From positions 3,596,001-3,660,000 of the forward strand of contig OZ037765.1 of NCBI GenBank assembly GCA_964035545.1: DNA of 64,000 nucleotides, given 5' to 3'. The translations under genes and the position numbers were made by a program. The notes beneath the pieces are model-generated. The model searched no databases and was not told where the DNA came from. It worked only from the letters and a program-made list of their open reading frames with translations. Shown here in pieces: positions 50,793-64,000 of the stretch. This DNA comes from Bugula neritina. Taxonomy: Eukaryota > Animalia > Bryozoa. The first letter of the stretch is position 1. Every line of letters starts with the position of its first letter.

Positions 50793-53700
50793 TTACTACT
50801 AGAGGTACTGCTACTATTACTACTACTACTACTACTACTACCACTACTACTACTACCACTACTACTACTGCTACTACTACTACTACTACTACTACCACTA
50901 CTAGAGGTACTGCTATCTTGAATACCAACACCACATACCCATATCAGCAATACAGCATGTAACTCCATCTTTTTTCACCAGAATGTTTTTACTTTTGAGG
51001 TCCCTATGAGCGATGCCAGGTTTGCCTGCAAAGTACACATGGAGAGGATACAAACAACATCGGCTACATAAACTCTGTATAATATAATGCATGCTGGAAA
51101 CAGGACAGACAACTGGATGATAAACAGACCAAGCTAATCTCCTCATAACATAATTAAATAACCACATGCACTTACACAGTCTGTAGCAGCTTAGGAATGA
51201 AGGCACTGGTAATTATTGATTTTTTGTTATAAGAATACTAATGAATAGCAGTTACTGTATCCAGTCAGTAAATTGATACGTTGACAGTTCAACATCTTCT
51301 TAGCAGAGACAATAATCATAGTTAAGATGTTAAATAATTGACCCATCATTATCTTCATAACAAAGACCGAAGACAGTAAGTATACTGGTGTCACGTGACT
51401 AATATTCATGCGATGAACTCTATTGTCGAAAGTCAACAAGAAATATAAAGGTATTCACACTAAAAGTATAGATTGCGCATTCACTGCTATTTTCAACACC
51501 ATCAAGTCAATTACCACGAGATTAAAATCTCCGCTAACAACTTTTGACACATTTACCGCCCAGCTGCAGGGAAAGGGAGGAGTTGAATATCTCTTTATAT
51601 TGAATTAGGGTACAGTACCTTGACTGCCCAGCAGTTCCATGTGTATGTGAGCTAGACCAGAGGCTATGGAGGAGCATATGTTCACCATGTCCTGCTCGCT
51701 GAGCACCGTGGCGTTGAGATGGTCGAACAGAGAGCCTCTTTCATGGTACTCGGTGACCAATAGGAGCTGAGTGTGAGTCACGTTATCTGTAAGATGAGGT
51801 ATTAGTTGGGTCATGTGACATAAACGTGCTGACAGAATATGGATTAATATAGTAAGTGTGTTGATATGCTGACAGCATTGTGCTAATAGAATTCTCACAA
51901 CACCATTGTGTGGAGGTGCTAATGACAAAATAGTCCACAGGTTAGATGTTGAATTTTGTTAAACAATTGAAATGTAAAAATTCAGGGAAGTTCAACATTG
52001 TATTTAGTTGCAGCAACAAAGAAATTTCAACAGCAAAGTAGTGTAATTCTTTTGTTACATCTCCTATCTAGAACATTGGCTTTTCTCTCTGTCACTGCAA
52101 CTACTTTCATAACATCCCCTCATTTATCAAAAACAACATTTTTCAATTTTTTTATATTTCAGAGTGAATAGACAAAAGAGACACAAATCATTGTAAATTA
52201 GTTATTGCCAGTCTGACTGCTACGCGGGCTAAGCAATGGTAACTTTAGACAACAATGGGTTGGAAGCCAAAGCATGGATATAAAAAGCTGGTTCATTAGA
52301 CCGTAAAGGCCAGGTGACTGGTTGGCATGGAGCCAGAGCTGGCTGGTAGATTATACACCTGAGCATTGACCTGTGGGAAGAAATCTCTACACAATATGGT
52401 GGGTTGAGTTGTGAAGATGGAAGAATAGGATGCCAGTACAATTACCTTACAGGTGATATTAGTTCATTCAACAGGCATGGGAGAAAGGCGAACGGAACAA
52501 ACAACAAGCAATGTGGGAAGTGAAAACCACCATGTATTGAGTGATGAGAGAACGTGAACTCTGTCTCACAAAGATAGCTTTGATTCTCTCTAAGGCAATG
52601 CCCCATAATGTAATAGTAGTGTCATAGAAACCATTACTCTCAGTTCAGGCAAACACTAGTTTGGTGTTCACTACTCTCATGTAAACAGAGAAACTGTTAC
52701 TTTTCCAACAGGATAGGCTTGCCAAGAGATGAAATAAGAGAGATTATATGTAAACGCATGAACTTTAGGTGACCCCAACATTTCATATGATCAGGGCAGA
52801 TGAAAGCCTTGGACTAGGAGCAGGGCAATGCTAAGTTCTGAGTGACATTTCTTATATAATAAAAAACTTGACCCTACAAAGTTGGCCAACATGATTCTAA
52901 CTAAACCACAGCTGAAAATGCTGACAAGAAGAAAATCTAAACAGATACATCAGCTATGAGTGGTACATATTTGTGGAGTTGAAGAGGGAAGCAGCAGATG
53001 AAAGAGAGATACTAACAAAACAGAGCAGAGCTGCAATATTGACAAAGTATACACAGTATGCTGCAACAGTTCAAATACTAGCTTATTTCTTAGTCTAAAC
53101 ACTGAAACATTGGGGGGGGGGGGGTAGAGGCTCCCAAACATAGCGCAGGTGTCACAGCACTTAGCCTATCTCTGCTGGCAGCAACACCTACCAATCTTAT
53201 CGGCAGCAATGAAGCCAAGGATGTTTTCGTGTCGCAACATGGCCGTCTGGTATATCTCGGCCTCTCTAAACCAGGAGTTATACTCTCTCGAGTGGAATAT
53301 CTTCACCGCCACGTCATCACCTCGCCATTTGCCTCGTTTCACGTCTCCGAACCTCCCCATGCCTACCACCTCCTCCATCTTTATCTGCCTAGCAATGGTT
53401 ATCTGGGTCATCAGTGGGATTCCTAGAGGTGGAAGTTTATAAATGAAAAAGGGAGAAAACTTCACAGTAAATCACAATAATCTATTCTACATACCTGAGA
53501 GGAAAAGTATTTGAATGAAATTAAAATGAAAAACAGCACCATGCATCACAGAACAGTTGAAACAAGTTGAACAGTAAAAATAGCTGCTAGAGGCCCACTA
53601 GCCGCACTGTTCACCATATCATCTACCTAAGCAGTGGATGTGTTACAACTAGCAGTACATCTTACCACAGCCGGCACCAGATCCAGAGAAAGAATATTCC

Positions 53701-56700
53701 AGAAGCTGCTGTAAAGAACTGCTGCCCAGGGGGGTATTCCTCGGCAGCATAGGATCAACCTCATCAAAGCTACTGGCAGGGCGCATGTGACGCTTCCACA
53801 CGCAGCAGCAAGCTACGACAACCACACAAATAACCAGCAGGACTGGCCCCACTATCAGGGCTATAACGTGACTCAGAGGCATAGCCTTTGATCCAGATGA
53901 GCCTCTCCCAGCAGTACCCTGGGGCACGAGGCTATCACCCGCTACAACATCATAGAAATGAGTCACATGGTGGTCACACAGTCACAAGTTATTTGTTCTA
54001 AATCAGTGCCTGCCTTCATTATTTCCTGTCTTGACAAGAATGAAAGCCAATGTGTGTTTTTCTATGATGAAAACCAATCAGGCATTGGCTTTCAGCAAAG
54101 AAAGACACTGGATAGGCTATGCAGTTCAATGGAATGACAGTGAATATACAGCACAGGGGTCAGAGGGCATTGGCAGCATGATATTGACTGGGCATTGGCA
54201 GCCACAATATCCGAAGAAGTGACCAACTCTATTATTACCAATTACTAATTCCACTAATCAGTACCAAATAATCGTTTATATTTAAAAGTAACTGTTGCCA
54301 TTACAAACCATCAACTGGCTTACAAGTGACTAAACGATGTCCACTTAATGCTGTCTATATTCACAGTGACCACACAATATACCTATTGTTATAGCAGGGG
54401 TTAGAAGTTAACTTTACACCTAGTAGAATTAGACAAGGAGTGGTTGTTAGATGAATAGAAAAACAAGAGTTATAACACGTAGGAACAAACATCACACATA
54501 CACCCTATGCCCTTATACATTTACTTTGATACAAGCTGCCAAAATCAGGTGCTGTTTGAGGGACGGATTGCAACATGTAGCTAATAGAGGCACTGTTGAC
54601 TATTGTAAACATTCCATAAATATTACTCTAAACACCAGAAAAACATTAAACAGTAGCATACCAGTGGTAATGGTTTATGAAACTCAATACAATATTATCA
54701 GGTGAGAAGATATAGTTGAATTTAGAAACATCTAAGCTAAGCAGCCTTTTTCTATGCATGAAAACTAGCAGTAGAATTCTAGCACTTGGAGAACCAACTT
54801 TGGAAAAGCTATGCTAACTAAACCAGCCTAAACTATTTCAGCTGCCTTATGATCCCAGCTCTAGCGTTGACATGCCTTCAGATGCCATCAGCCTTAGTGG
54901 ATGTTGTCATTGGCAACCATTTATCTTAGAAATAGCCAAATCTCTAAATGATGGAAATATGAAAAACAATCTACTTATAAAAACATTACATCACTTTTTA
55001 TGCAGTTGATTGATGCATTTCTTCAGCTCAACTAAACTTATTCAGAAACTCTTCATGTTCAGTCATAACATCACCTCAATTTATGCATAAATCTGGTTAA
55101 ACTCTTAACGCACCAAAAGCCAAACAGTGACAGCGAGAAGAGAAGTCCCTCTACGTTAGCATACATGCACAACCGTATCAAACAGCACCCGACACTAACA
55201 TACCCCAACATATGTCACAGCATTTACAAGTTGGGACGTGTAACATAGAGCCCGGGGTTAGCCCCAGGGAGTAGCTGCTTTGTAGCCTTATGACCAGCTG
55301 GTATAGTCCGTAGCAAGCGTGGCTGCTTAGTGGCAGAGCTGACCCGCGCCCGTATCGCTGCCAAGTAGTTGGCAGCAGGCAGGGAGCAAACTGATACCTG
55401 TCGCGTCCTTCGAGACACCCCCATCCCCCGCATTGCACATGTGCGTGCTGCAGCAAGTGTAACCGCTGGCGCTACAAAATGCCTGCAAGTGGAATGGGGG
55501 GTCATCCTGGTCGGCCCTCAAAGAATAGCAGCCGTACTGGGGACTATCAACTGCTCTGAAATGTCAAGGACAAAATATTCACAACTAAACGGGTGCAAAG
55601 AGTAAGAGCCGTGGTGCCCTTCTACACACTACGTCAGCGACCATCACACTGGCTTGGTTCTCTGTGTCCACACACTACAAGTGGGAGAGGCTGAACCCCT
55701 CCCTTCAAGAGAGAGTGAACGCAGAGAACTTGGCTACTGAATATATTGGCTATCCACCGAGGAAGGCATGCTCGCTGTAAACATTGCAACGGGAAATGTG
55801 AAGTAAACAAATTGGACTCGGGTTTCAACTAGCGTCATGCCAGCGCAGGTGCACAGCAAATATATTCAGAGCTTCTCACTGTGACCAGACCTATTGTTGT
55901 GGTAAACGGCTCCAACTCTGGGTAGAGCTCTTCGTTACATAAATTAGCTGAGTTGCAACAAGCTAGATCCAAATGGTGCTTAAGGTGGTCAGGGTTTCTA
56001 CACATCACTGACATACTAGTTCCTGGTATGAAATTCTTTCTAAGACAACTGAAAATTAACACATCAACAAGTTTCAAACAATTGAATAATATTCCAGTCT
56101 ATTCAGAACTTGACGCTGAGTTTAATGTTAGGCAGGGAAATACTTTTACTAATTCCAAACGTGATGAGTTACATAATATTGTGGAAAAATTGTGTTTAAT
56201 TGACTCAGACGGCTTCAATCCACAACCTTATGGCACAAAAAAAGTTGATGACCAACATTGTCTGAAATTCTTACCATTCATTTAGCAGATAAAATAGCAG
56301 CCTGTAAAAAGACTGGCAAGTCTTGAACACAAAATACAATCTAATAATAGATATTGTGAAGAATTACAAAAATCGTCCATGTGGTATGGCATGTTGCTCG
56401 AGTCGAAAAAGCCTAGAACTTAGTAACAGAGAATTGTGAAAGCAAAGTTCAATACTTGAAAAATAGGTCCAGTAATGAGAGGAATTTGGGAAAGCCTGTG
56501 TTCTAGATGAGAAATATAAAAAAAAAGTTGAGCTTCAAGAAAGTTTTCAAATCACACCCAAACCTAAATTCATAAAGACAATTAGAAAACTTAGGCTAGT
56601 GAAACTTCCCATTACTGTACCTAACAGAAAATATTTCTAATATTCTCAGCAGGCAATTATACACCTGTGTTAAATATGTTTTGGTTCTTACAAAAAAACT

Positions 56701-57914
56701 CAGTAATTCCTAAAAGAGTTCAACTTACTTAAAACTTCCCAATTGCTTAATGTTACCACAGGTTTTTTCAAAATAATATAAATTAGTACACACCCTTTGT
56801 TATATAATACTTGGGTGTTGTCATTAGCATTCAGTACCGCCAAGGAATAGCAAACCACCACCTCCCCATTTCTAGCTCTGCATGTGTTGTCAGCATCACA
56901 ATATTCATCCTTTGCCTGATTTCCTTCGCATCTGCATACTAGGCCTGAAAAAGCAACAGCTTGTGAAATCATATTAAATAAGGGAGTGAAATAGTAACTT
57001 TACTGAACATTACATAGTAATCTTAGAAAAACAATTAATAAAACTGATAGATTTACCAGGTTTATAACTAGCACTTGCAACTTAACTGAAAAGAAAGTAA
57101 TACTGTGGCAAGGCAACAGTGAAAAAAAACAGACTAAAATTGTTTTGTGTTCAAAAACACAAATCTTTGTTGGTCAAACTTTTCAATCACTAAAATAATC
57201 ACCAAGTAAAAATGAATTAGATACTTGAGCTACATCAAAAAGCCTTGGCTGCAACTCTGTGGAATGACAAGGCAGCAATAGATTTTACTTGTGCCGAGAA
57301 AAAGCAATAAATAAGAAAATTAAAGTGAAGGTTTAACTAGCAAAAAACTAATCCTAACAGTTACTACCACCATGATTTCATGCCAATCCTAGCAATACCG
57401 TTTGGCTAAAGGCAACGTTATACTTATACTTATAAAGTTTTGCAATTTCTACCACAATTGAAGTTTGTTGTTAATTGAAGATGTAGCTTAATAAATAATT
57501 ATAAACCTATTTCAATTTTATGTTCATTTGCAACAATTTATATTTTGATGGAAACTTTTACAATAGCCATTTATAGGCCTAATTACATTTTGATTTACTG
57601 GGTAAAAGTGAAACTCAACTTGAAGTTGAACTTCAAAATTAAAAAAGCAAAGTATTGGCATGTGCAGCGCCAAGTCCAAATGAACTTGAATGTTGTAATG
57701 ATAATCTGGTAATCATAATCATAAAGTGATAATGTCGCTCACCTGTAGAAGATTGGGTTAAATTCGGCTGCACGGTTGATAGTTCATTGTTATTATTAGT
57801 AACACTTTGAGCTGCACTAAAACAACTCCCCGAAAAAATATGTAATACTAGGATTGTGCTTAAAACTGTCGAAAGTAGAGCGGCGCTGTCAAAGTATTTA
57901 CTTTTACAGAACAT
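49059..57914 (-). CDS. TGFBR1: TGF-beta/activin type I receptor (ALK4/5/7, baboon-like), about 568 aa
   Basis: Exons 57914-57743, 56944-56794, [56048-55891 or 55555-55398], 53941-53666, 53422-53192, 51786-51619, 51025-50939, 50547-50347, 49726-49596, 49190-49059. Signal peptide, 10-Cys ectodomain, TM, GS box, kinase ([29 protein letters not shown]). Orthology within ALK4/5/7 is not proven. Confidence 0.88.
50576..50915. repeat. (CTA/TAG)n imperfect trinucleotide microsatellite filling a receptor intron
   Basis: Seen directly. It explains the poly-Ser, poly-Leu and poly-Val ORFs. Confidence 0.95.
55398..55555 (-). CDS. Alternative (mutually exclusive) ligand-binding exon 3b of the type I receptor
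   Basis: TTTCAG|...ACAG|GTATCA, 158 nt, phase 2 to 1, the same as exon 3a. Encodes [52 protein letters not shown]. Confidence 0.8.
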
Positions 57915-60328
57915 TTCACAGATTCAGATTGAACATCAACATCAACATGTAGTTGTACAATTACAATATCAGTGACAGTTGAAACCACGTCAACTTAGAA
58001 GTGAGAAGAACATGACCTTGAGTAAAAAATCTAAAGCTAATAGTGATACTAATAGCAATTTAGTGATGTACTAATAAGTGAAACGATGTGACTGTGATCG
58101 CTTGCAAGTACGATCACTATCAGTGAATCACTATCAGGGTAGTTATCTTTAGTAATTTACTAATTACTAGGTCTATTCTAATATTGACAGCTGTAAATAA
58201 CGGAAACTACTACTCATAAAGATTACTGCTCATTACTAGAACATTTACACAAATACATTAACATTTAACGTTTGTAAACATAATTTAAATATTTCATTTA
58301 ATAGATTAATTAAAAAAATAAAAAAATTGTAAACATTTTGAAATAATACTGAAACACTGCTATTATAATTAGCGTAACAATATGTCAATATGCTATTAAA
58401 AATTGCGAGGTATACAACTCCCATACCAGTTTTTAAGCATAATATTATGGATAAACAACTCCTTAATTGCAAAAGCATTTTGAGCGCACTAAGACAAGTA
58501 CAAATAACTTTTTATTGCATCTAACTCTCAAAAAACATTTTACTCAGCTAAAACATAATTTTTAAAGCAAATACATTTATCATATTGCAGCTATCATCTG
58601 GCATACTAACTACTAAGTCCTGTAATATAATAATTATTATCATTAGTTAAGATATTGGAGTTGTTGATAAATAGTGGTAAATATTTCCGAACAATATGTT
58701 CATATATCCAGTTTTATATTTTATTAAGCTCATACAAAAACAAAAAGTAATGGGTAAAAGTCATGTAACAACTATATAGAGTAATTTGATAAAGTATCAT
58801 TAGATTAAATAACTTTCAAATGTCTAATAGTTATGTATTTGTATATATAATAAAAAGAAGTTTCAGGCAGTAAGTTATTCACCGACAATTTAAAACATTT
58901 ATCATTCGCTCAAAACATATATATTATAATGCAGTAACTATATAAAGAACACAGAAAAGTCATAATAATAATAATGTAGCACTAAAAGTTTAAAATGCAA
59001 AGCAACGATAGATCTGGCAATGGACATTTAAATCAGTTATAAGACTATGCTCTGTTAACTATAAGCTCTGTCAAATTCATACGACTACAGGCCACTATTT
59101 CCACTAACTATATTTTTCTCACCAGTTCTTTTAATATTGGCATATTAGCATTTGCAAACATGCGATATTTTGCTTCGCTCGACAGATCTTGATGGCAAAT
59201 AAATAAAATGAAATCAAATAAACTCAGCTTTGAGTGCAAATATCCCATTAGAGTGAGACTCAGCCTTTTTATATAGAAATTACCTTATACAAATGAATGC
59301 TTAATGTTTTATTGTCTAAAGACAAAATTTGTAAGCTGACAGGCAGTATTCTAGAAAATTCCAAATGGATACTCGTTTTAATAAACCAAATATTTTATAT
59401 TCATGCATACAGCTGCGTTTTGGTAGCATTTCACTTTCACTAGCTCATTTGTTGTATAACATGACTGAAAGCTTATATTATCCATAATCAGCTCTTGAAA
59501 AACAATTAAGTTAACATAACCCTATTATAGTGCACTTTGCTTTGCTATTTAAAAATAGATCCACGCTAAATTTAATAGAATGCATTGCATTATATGGTTC
59601 TTGGAATTTTATTATCAGTCTATTAAAAAGGTTCAAAATGTGACATAAATTTGTAGCATAATACTGCTTCATAATAATGCATTAATTTAAAGCGATATAA
59701 TAGAACAAGACAAGAATCACTGTGGATTTTGAATTATAAATAGTTCTTTGTTCCAAGAGTTATTTTCTCTTGTTCCTTTCAACTGATAATAAATAATATA
59801 CACACTATTGTACTCAAGGTCACTACTAGCTTCACTGCTATTATGCATTGACATAGGCAAAAATCTGCACTCTTGTTTAATGTTTCCATATTATATAACA
59901 CTAGTGGGTGTGCCATATTGCTAATTCAGCTTTTCTGAAATTGTCTTCTCATTTCCTTTGCTAGTTCATCAGTGCTCATAACTTTGATAAAAATGCCATA
60001 CAGCAGTGTATACATCTATATTTTAAGACGTTTTTAGGTAAGTTTTCATTTCTATATCAAACTAAAACTTTGCCACAATTTTGAATTGACGATATAGCCG
60101 GTGAATTCTAAGAGATTTATTTTTAGATGTTGTCAAATAAGCAGCTAATTTTACTTCATACATTTATTTAAAACTATATATTTAACTTACAGCATTTTAA
60201 TAGTACTTTATTCCATTATGCATACTAGACTAAGTATTAGTAAGTATATCACAAGAGCTCAAAACAAAGTGTTGAGCCTATCTAATTACACGTTATACAA
60301 GGGTTACTTAGACCTCAGTGGGTCCCAT

Positions 60329-63300
60329 CTACTTGGAGCACACTACACAGGATAGCTCCAAGTTGCTGTCATAGGATGAGCAGGCACCAGCTGTAATGCA
60401 GTCTAATTTAACAAAGACCATCAAGGAGCCGTCATTATTCATCTCCATTCCTCTGACATACTCGGGGTGAGAGTCTACACACTCGTATGTAGAAGAGGTT
60501 TGGAAGTGTTCATACGCCGACATTAAGTAGCCTACAAATAGTAAATTCAAACTTTTACTAGTAAAATTCAGGAGAAAAGCAGACAATCCTTAAAAAATTC
60601 ACTTACATACTTAAAAATATTTTTCAGCCCTGGGATTCGTACCCAAAACTTCTAGCTTGAAAACTGGTGAGCTAACCATTATGCTACAAGGGCTACTGGA
60701 GTAAAACTCAACACTAAAATGGGTTCGAAATATTGCATTGGCAAAAGCTAATGAATTATTTTAAATGCTTTAAACCTTCATATTCTTGTGTCCATCCAGC
60801 TGGACAGCTTCTCTTAGCAGGAATCATCATGACTGCGGACCTGGTTTCGGTGTAGCACCGGGCACACGGCACGTTCTGGTTATGGGCGGAGTCAGGGAAG
60901 ATGCCGTAGCCAAAACTTTGATACTCTACTCCATTGATTGTAGACCCTCCTCTAGTTTTATTGTTAGGGGCTTCTTGAAATTCCGGCTCATCGGGTAAAC
61001 ATTGGAAGTTGGTGCCACCTCCCAGGGTGCCAAAGTAGGTGCCTCCAGCAAAACCTGCAAGAAAATAATTTCAACCTACTAAGTAGACTTTAGGTTTTGT
61101 CAAAACAAGTAGAAAGTTCTAGAATTGAAAGTGCCATGACTGAAAGTTTTAAGACTTAATATATTATTTGCTTAAGTTGTAACTTTGGTAACAATTCTTT
61201 ACTAAATTAAATTCTAATTTAAATTAAGGATACAAATTAAGATTCACAAATCTATTCAAAGATTCCTGTGCAGAAAATTATATACAAAAAGTTAAAATGA
61301 CCATAACTACTGAAATTATTTGGTCTATATATATATTATTATTATAGTATTATATTGGCAAACTTACAACAAACAACTCAATTGTTTTACATAGGTCAGA
61401 AGTAAATTAGACCATGTGACCTGTTGAGATGCTAGTTATAAGATAATTATACAAGATGCACACATTGTATATAACAGATTATTACCTACAATTTATAAAC
61501 TATTGACATAACAGTTATGTAATCTTTACAACAGCAATTGCTATTTTAAGAACTATGCAGAGTTTATCTGGAGTAAAACAACTGTTTTACTTTCTACAAG
61601 ACTTCATATAGTGCGGGATTTTATCATCCCAGTTTTGTGGGATAGCAATAAAGATCACTTGCATTGTACCTTTGTGGATATGAAACTTCCCACTGACATT
61701 TCGATCCTTTCAGTCAAAATGGCAAGATGAGCAGCTGATATATAGAAGAAAAAGTGAATGCTAGCTGAGCTTACTGGAATACCAATAATTTAAAATAAAT
61801 TATTTGTTTCTAAATAAAAAAATTAAAACAATTGTATACATTCACGAAGAGAAAACTAGTCTACTAAGTAAGTAAAGCAGAATCCAATTGTGCTCAAGAA
61901 TATAAAATTAATTCGAAATACATTCATTCTTAAAGAAGAGAACTCACGGAAGTTTATAGTCGCTATCCCGGTGAGAACCCTCTGATGAAAGGGTTTTTGT
62001 TAGAACAGGCTAAGGACTTATATTAATATGAGGCACAGGAGCAATTATGACTGGATGCTCTTCCTAATATCACCAACGGTCTTTGTCCGGGCTTGAACCC
62101 ATGACTTTGTGTTTACTAAAAAAACGCTCTAACCCCGAGACCACGGCTGGTCTCATTCTTACAGATGAGAGCTTTATTAAAAATAAAATGATAATGTATA
62201 CTGAAAGTTCTGGTACTACTGATGCAATGTAACAAAGGTTTTCACTTATGTTTTTTAACTTTATATAATCTTTAAAACAAAATTCATTCTGTTTTCAATT
62301 ACCTTTGTATAGAAGAGTTGCATCATTTTCACACCTTCCACTGCCCCATCTTGTGTAAACTGCACCTCCATTTTTAATTGTACGAGAACGGACTTTTGGC
62401 AACCCATAATCATGTTGGTCTCCAGGTGCACCAGTATCTCCTTTGACCCATGGGGAGTCTACATAAATTATAGTTTTTGAACTAATAACACATTATATGG
62501 TTATATGCTTTCTCACGTTCCAATATGGGATAATAATAATTTACCGTCTTTCCCATCTCTACCATCTTCACCAGCTAACCCTTTAATACCTACGACATCA
62601 ACTACCATAGCACTTTATAATTATATTATTTATTATATAATGTTATTATAATTGTACTTTATTGCTATATTATATTTTAATATATAATATTATCTTTCAT
62701 AGTTTTTTATAATTGTATATCAAGTTTTAAGCTTTTTACATTTTGTTATAATTGTATTTCATTATGAAATTGTCAGGATTTATGCATGTCAGTGCAGGTA
62801 CATAATGATTTGTAATATTATAAAAAGCTTACCAGAGTCCTGAATCTGGTTAATAAGTTCTTCATATGTTAAAGTCAAATCTGAGATCTGCATGCTTCCA
62901 GTGGCTAACTAAAAATTAATTTAAATAATATAATATATAAGTGTTACTAAACTTTAATATAAATTCATGACTGGAAAACTTCACAAATTGCTAAGCTAGC
63001 CTTCGATGAATAAACAATTTTTCTTTATAAACAATGTACTGGTGATTAAAATACTTCTCTAAAAACTTATATAGCTAGATTTAATAATTCAATTATTGGT
63101 TTTATTGCAATTATTGCAAATACTATGCACAACGTTTTACGAATGCAGTGCCAAAAACTAAAAACTGCTAAAGGGCATAACTGACTTTGCGTCTGACAGA
63201 AAGTAAGGCAGTTAAATTAGAAATTCCTAAAGGATTTTACTCTGCATTTATACACGCAGCAAAACTTACAACATTTAGAAGAGAATGAAACTGAGTGTTA

Positions 63301-63803
63301 AGTTCTTTCTGTTTGTCTTCTAGTTCTTCAAGTTTAGCCTTATGTTCCTCCAGAGTCACATACTGAGTCTGCGAGTGGCTCTCCAGGTCCCCGCAGTCAC
63401 AGCTGTGAGAAGGCCCTCCAGTGGTTGGGACACTCAAACTACTGCCCCATCCAGACACACCAAGTAAGATGAGAGCAACCAATAGATCTAGAATAGAATG
63501 TATATAGATATAACATCTGCCTAACTAGATATATTTGGTTAATTGTTTGTTGTAATCTATATATATATTTATTGATGGAGCAATAATATTTATTTTAATA
63601 GAGTTAATAATATGAAATATTGTATGAAATATTTATACATACATGCAGCAGATTAAAATTACTGCTGCATCCAATCCATTTTAGTGGTTCATTAAATAAT
63701 TAGACATTACTCAAATTACTAGTCTGGAACAATGGGACATACATGAGATTCTAAGCCATTATAATGACTGATCATAGAATTACTTACCTGCAAATTTTGC
63801 CAT
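60329..63803 (-). CDS. Secreted short-chain collagen C4 / spongin-related protein, about 330 aa
   Basis: Exons 63803-63788, 63487-63270, 62908-62833, 62589-62545, 62458-62303, 61054-60776, 60531-60329. Signal peptide, coiled coil, short Gly-X-Y tract, then GGAVYTRWG, GGGTNFQCLP, VPCARC, CPAGWTQEYEGYLM, ELSCVVCSK. Confidence 0.85.
60626..60695 (-). mobile_element. Degenerate tRNA-like SINE head or tRNA pseudogene
   Basis: Minus strand reads TAGCATAATGGTTAG (A box) and GGTACGAATCCC (mutated B box). Confidence 0.4.
61941..62154 (-). mobile_element. tRNA-derived SINE
   Basis: A box, B box GGTTCAAGCCC, central GGAAGAGCATCCAG, 3' part shared with 17844-18040. Confidence 0.75.
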
Positions 63804-64000
63804 ATTTTTAAGTAAACCAGTTTAACAAGTGATGCAAGTCAAACTACTAAAGTACATTGAAGATGTATACAAACTAAACAGCCTTTATACATTGGTCTTT
63901 ATGATGATACGACTCAGCTGATTGGTCAACAGGACAAGCATTATGTAATAATGGTACCAAATCAAATTAGTACCTGCAATATCATGGTATTGAGCAGAAA

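Noticed and set aside
50333-50968. Poly-Ser, poly-Leu and poly-Val ORFs, and an apparent Ser-rich insert in the kinase
   Set aside because: (CTA)n microsatellite within a GT-AG intron (50938-50548). Splicing restores IADMG|LAVKH.
56160-56261. Possible third alternative ectodomain exon (QCWSS...ILCNSS)
   Set aside because: In-frame TAA, no CC of the Cys box, weak donor. At most a relic.
60626-60695. Functional tRNA genes (also 3874, 9960, 14581)
   Set aside because: Only degenerate A/B boxes; acceptor and T stems do not close. SINE heads are more likely.

Overview
AT-rich, intron-dense genomic DNA from an invertebrate animal, not a prokaryote. I traced exons by hand using GT-AG boundaries and reading phase. 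Left to right: (1) LEMD3/MAN1 (minus strand, runs off the left edge), head-to-head with (2) a 21-exon PHF8/KDM7-family PHD-JmjC demethylase; (3) three tandem effector-type caspase paralogs (minus); (4) an intact, very young Ty3/Gypsy LTR retrotransposon (24209-31142) inserted 427 bp upstream of one caspase; (5) IDH3A with an intronless CDS; (6) an ALK4/5/7 (baboon-like) TGF-beta type I receptor; (7) a spongin/short-chain collagen C4-like gene. There are also tRNA-derived SINEs, a TTAA-flanked MITE and many minisatellites. Best leads: (a) the middle caspase is an intact but catalytically dead decoy (QACRG changed to QAERG) that keeps its substrate pocket and linker Asp, would expose a Smac-like AVPT motif on cleavage, and has a perfect NF-kB site upstream; (b) the receptor has two mutually exclusive 158-nt exons encoding alternative halves of the ligand-binding domain, with candidate competing docking/selector pairings; (c) the LTR carries a ~119-nt GC-rich fold-back hairpin next to a palindromic kB site and TATA box; (d) most minisatellites are amplified splice-junction sequences, often with AG|GT cores. 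All functional statements are inference; no searches or folding programs were run.
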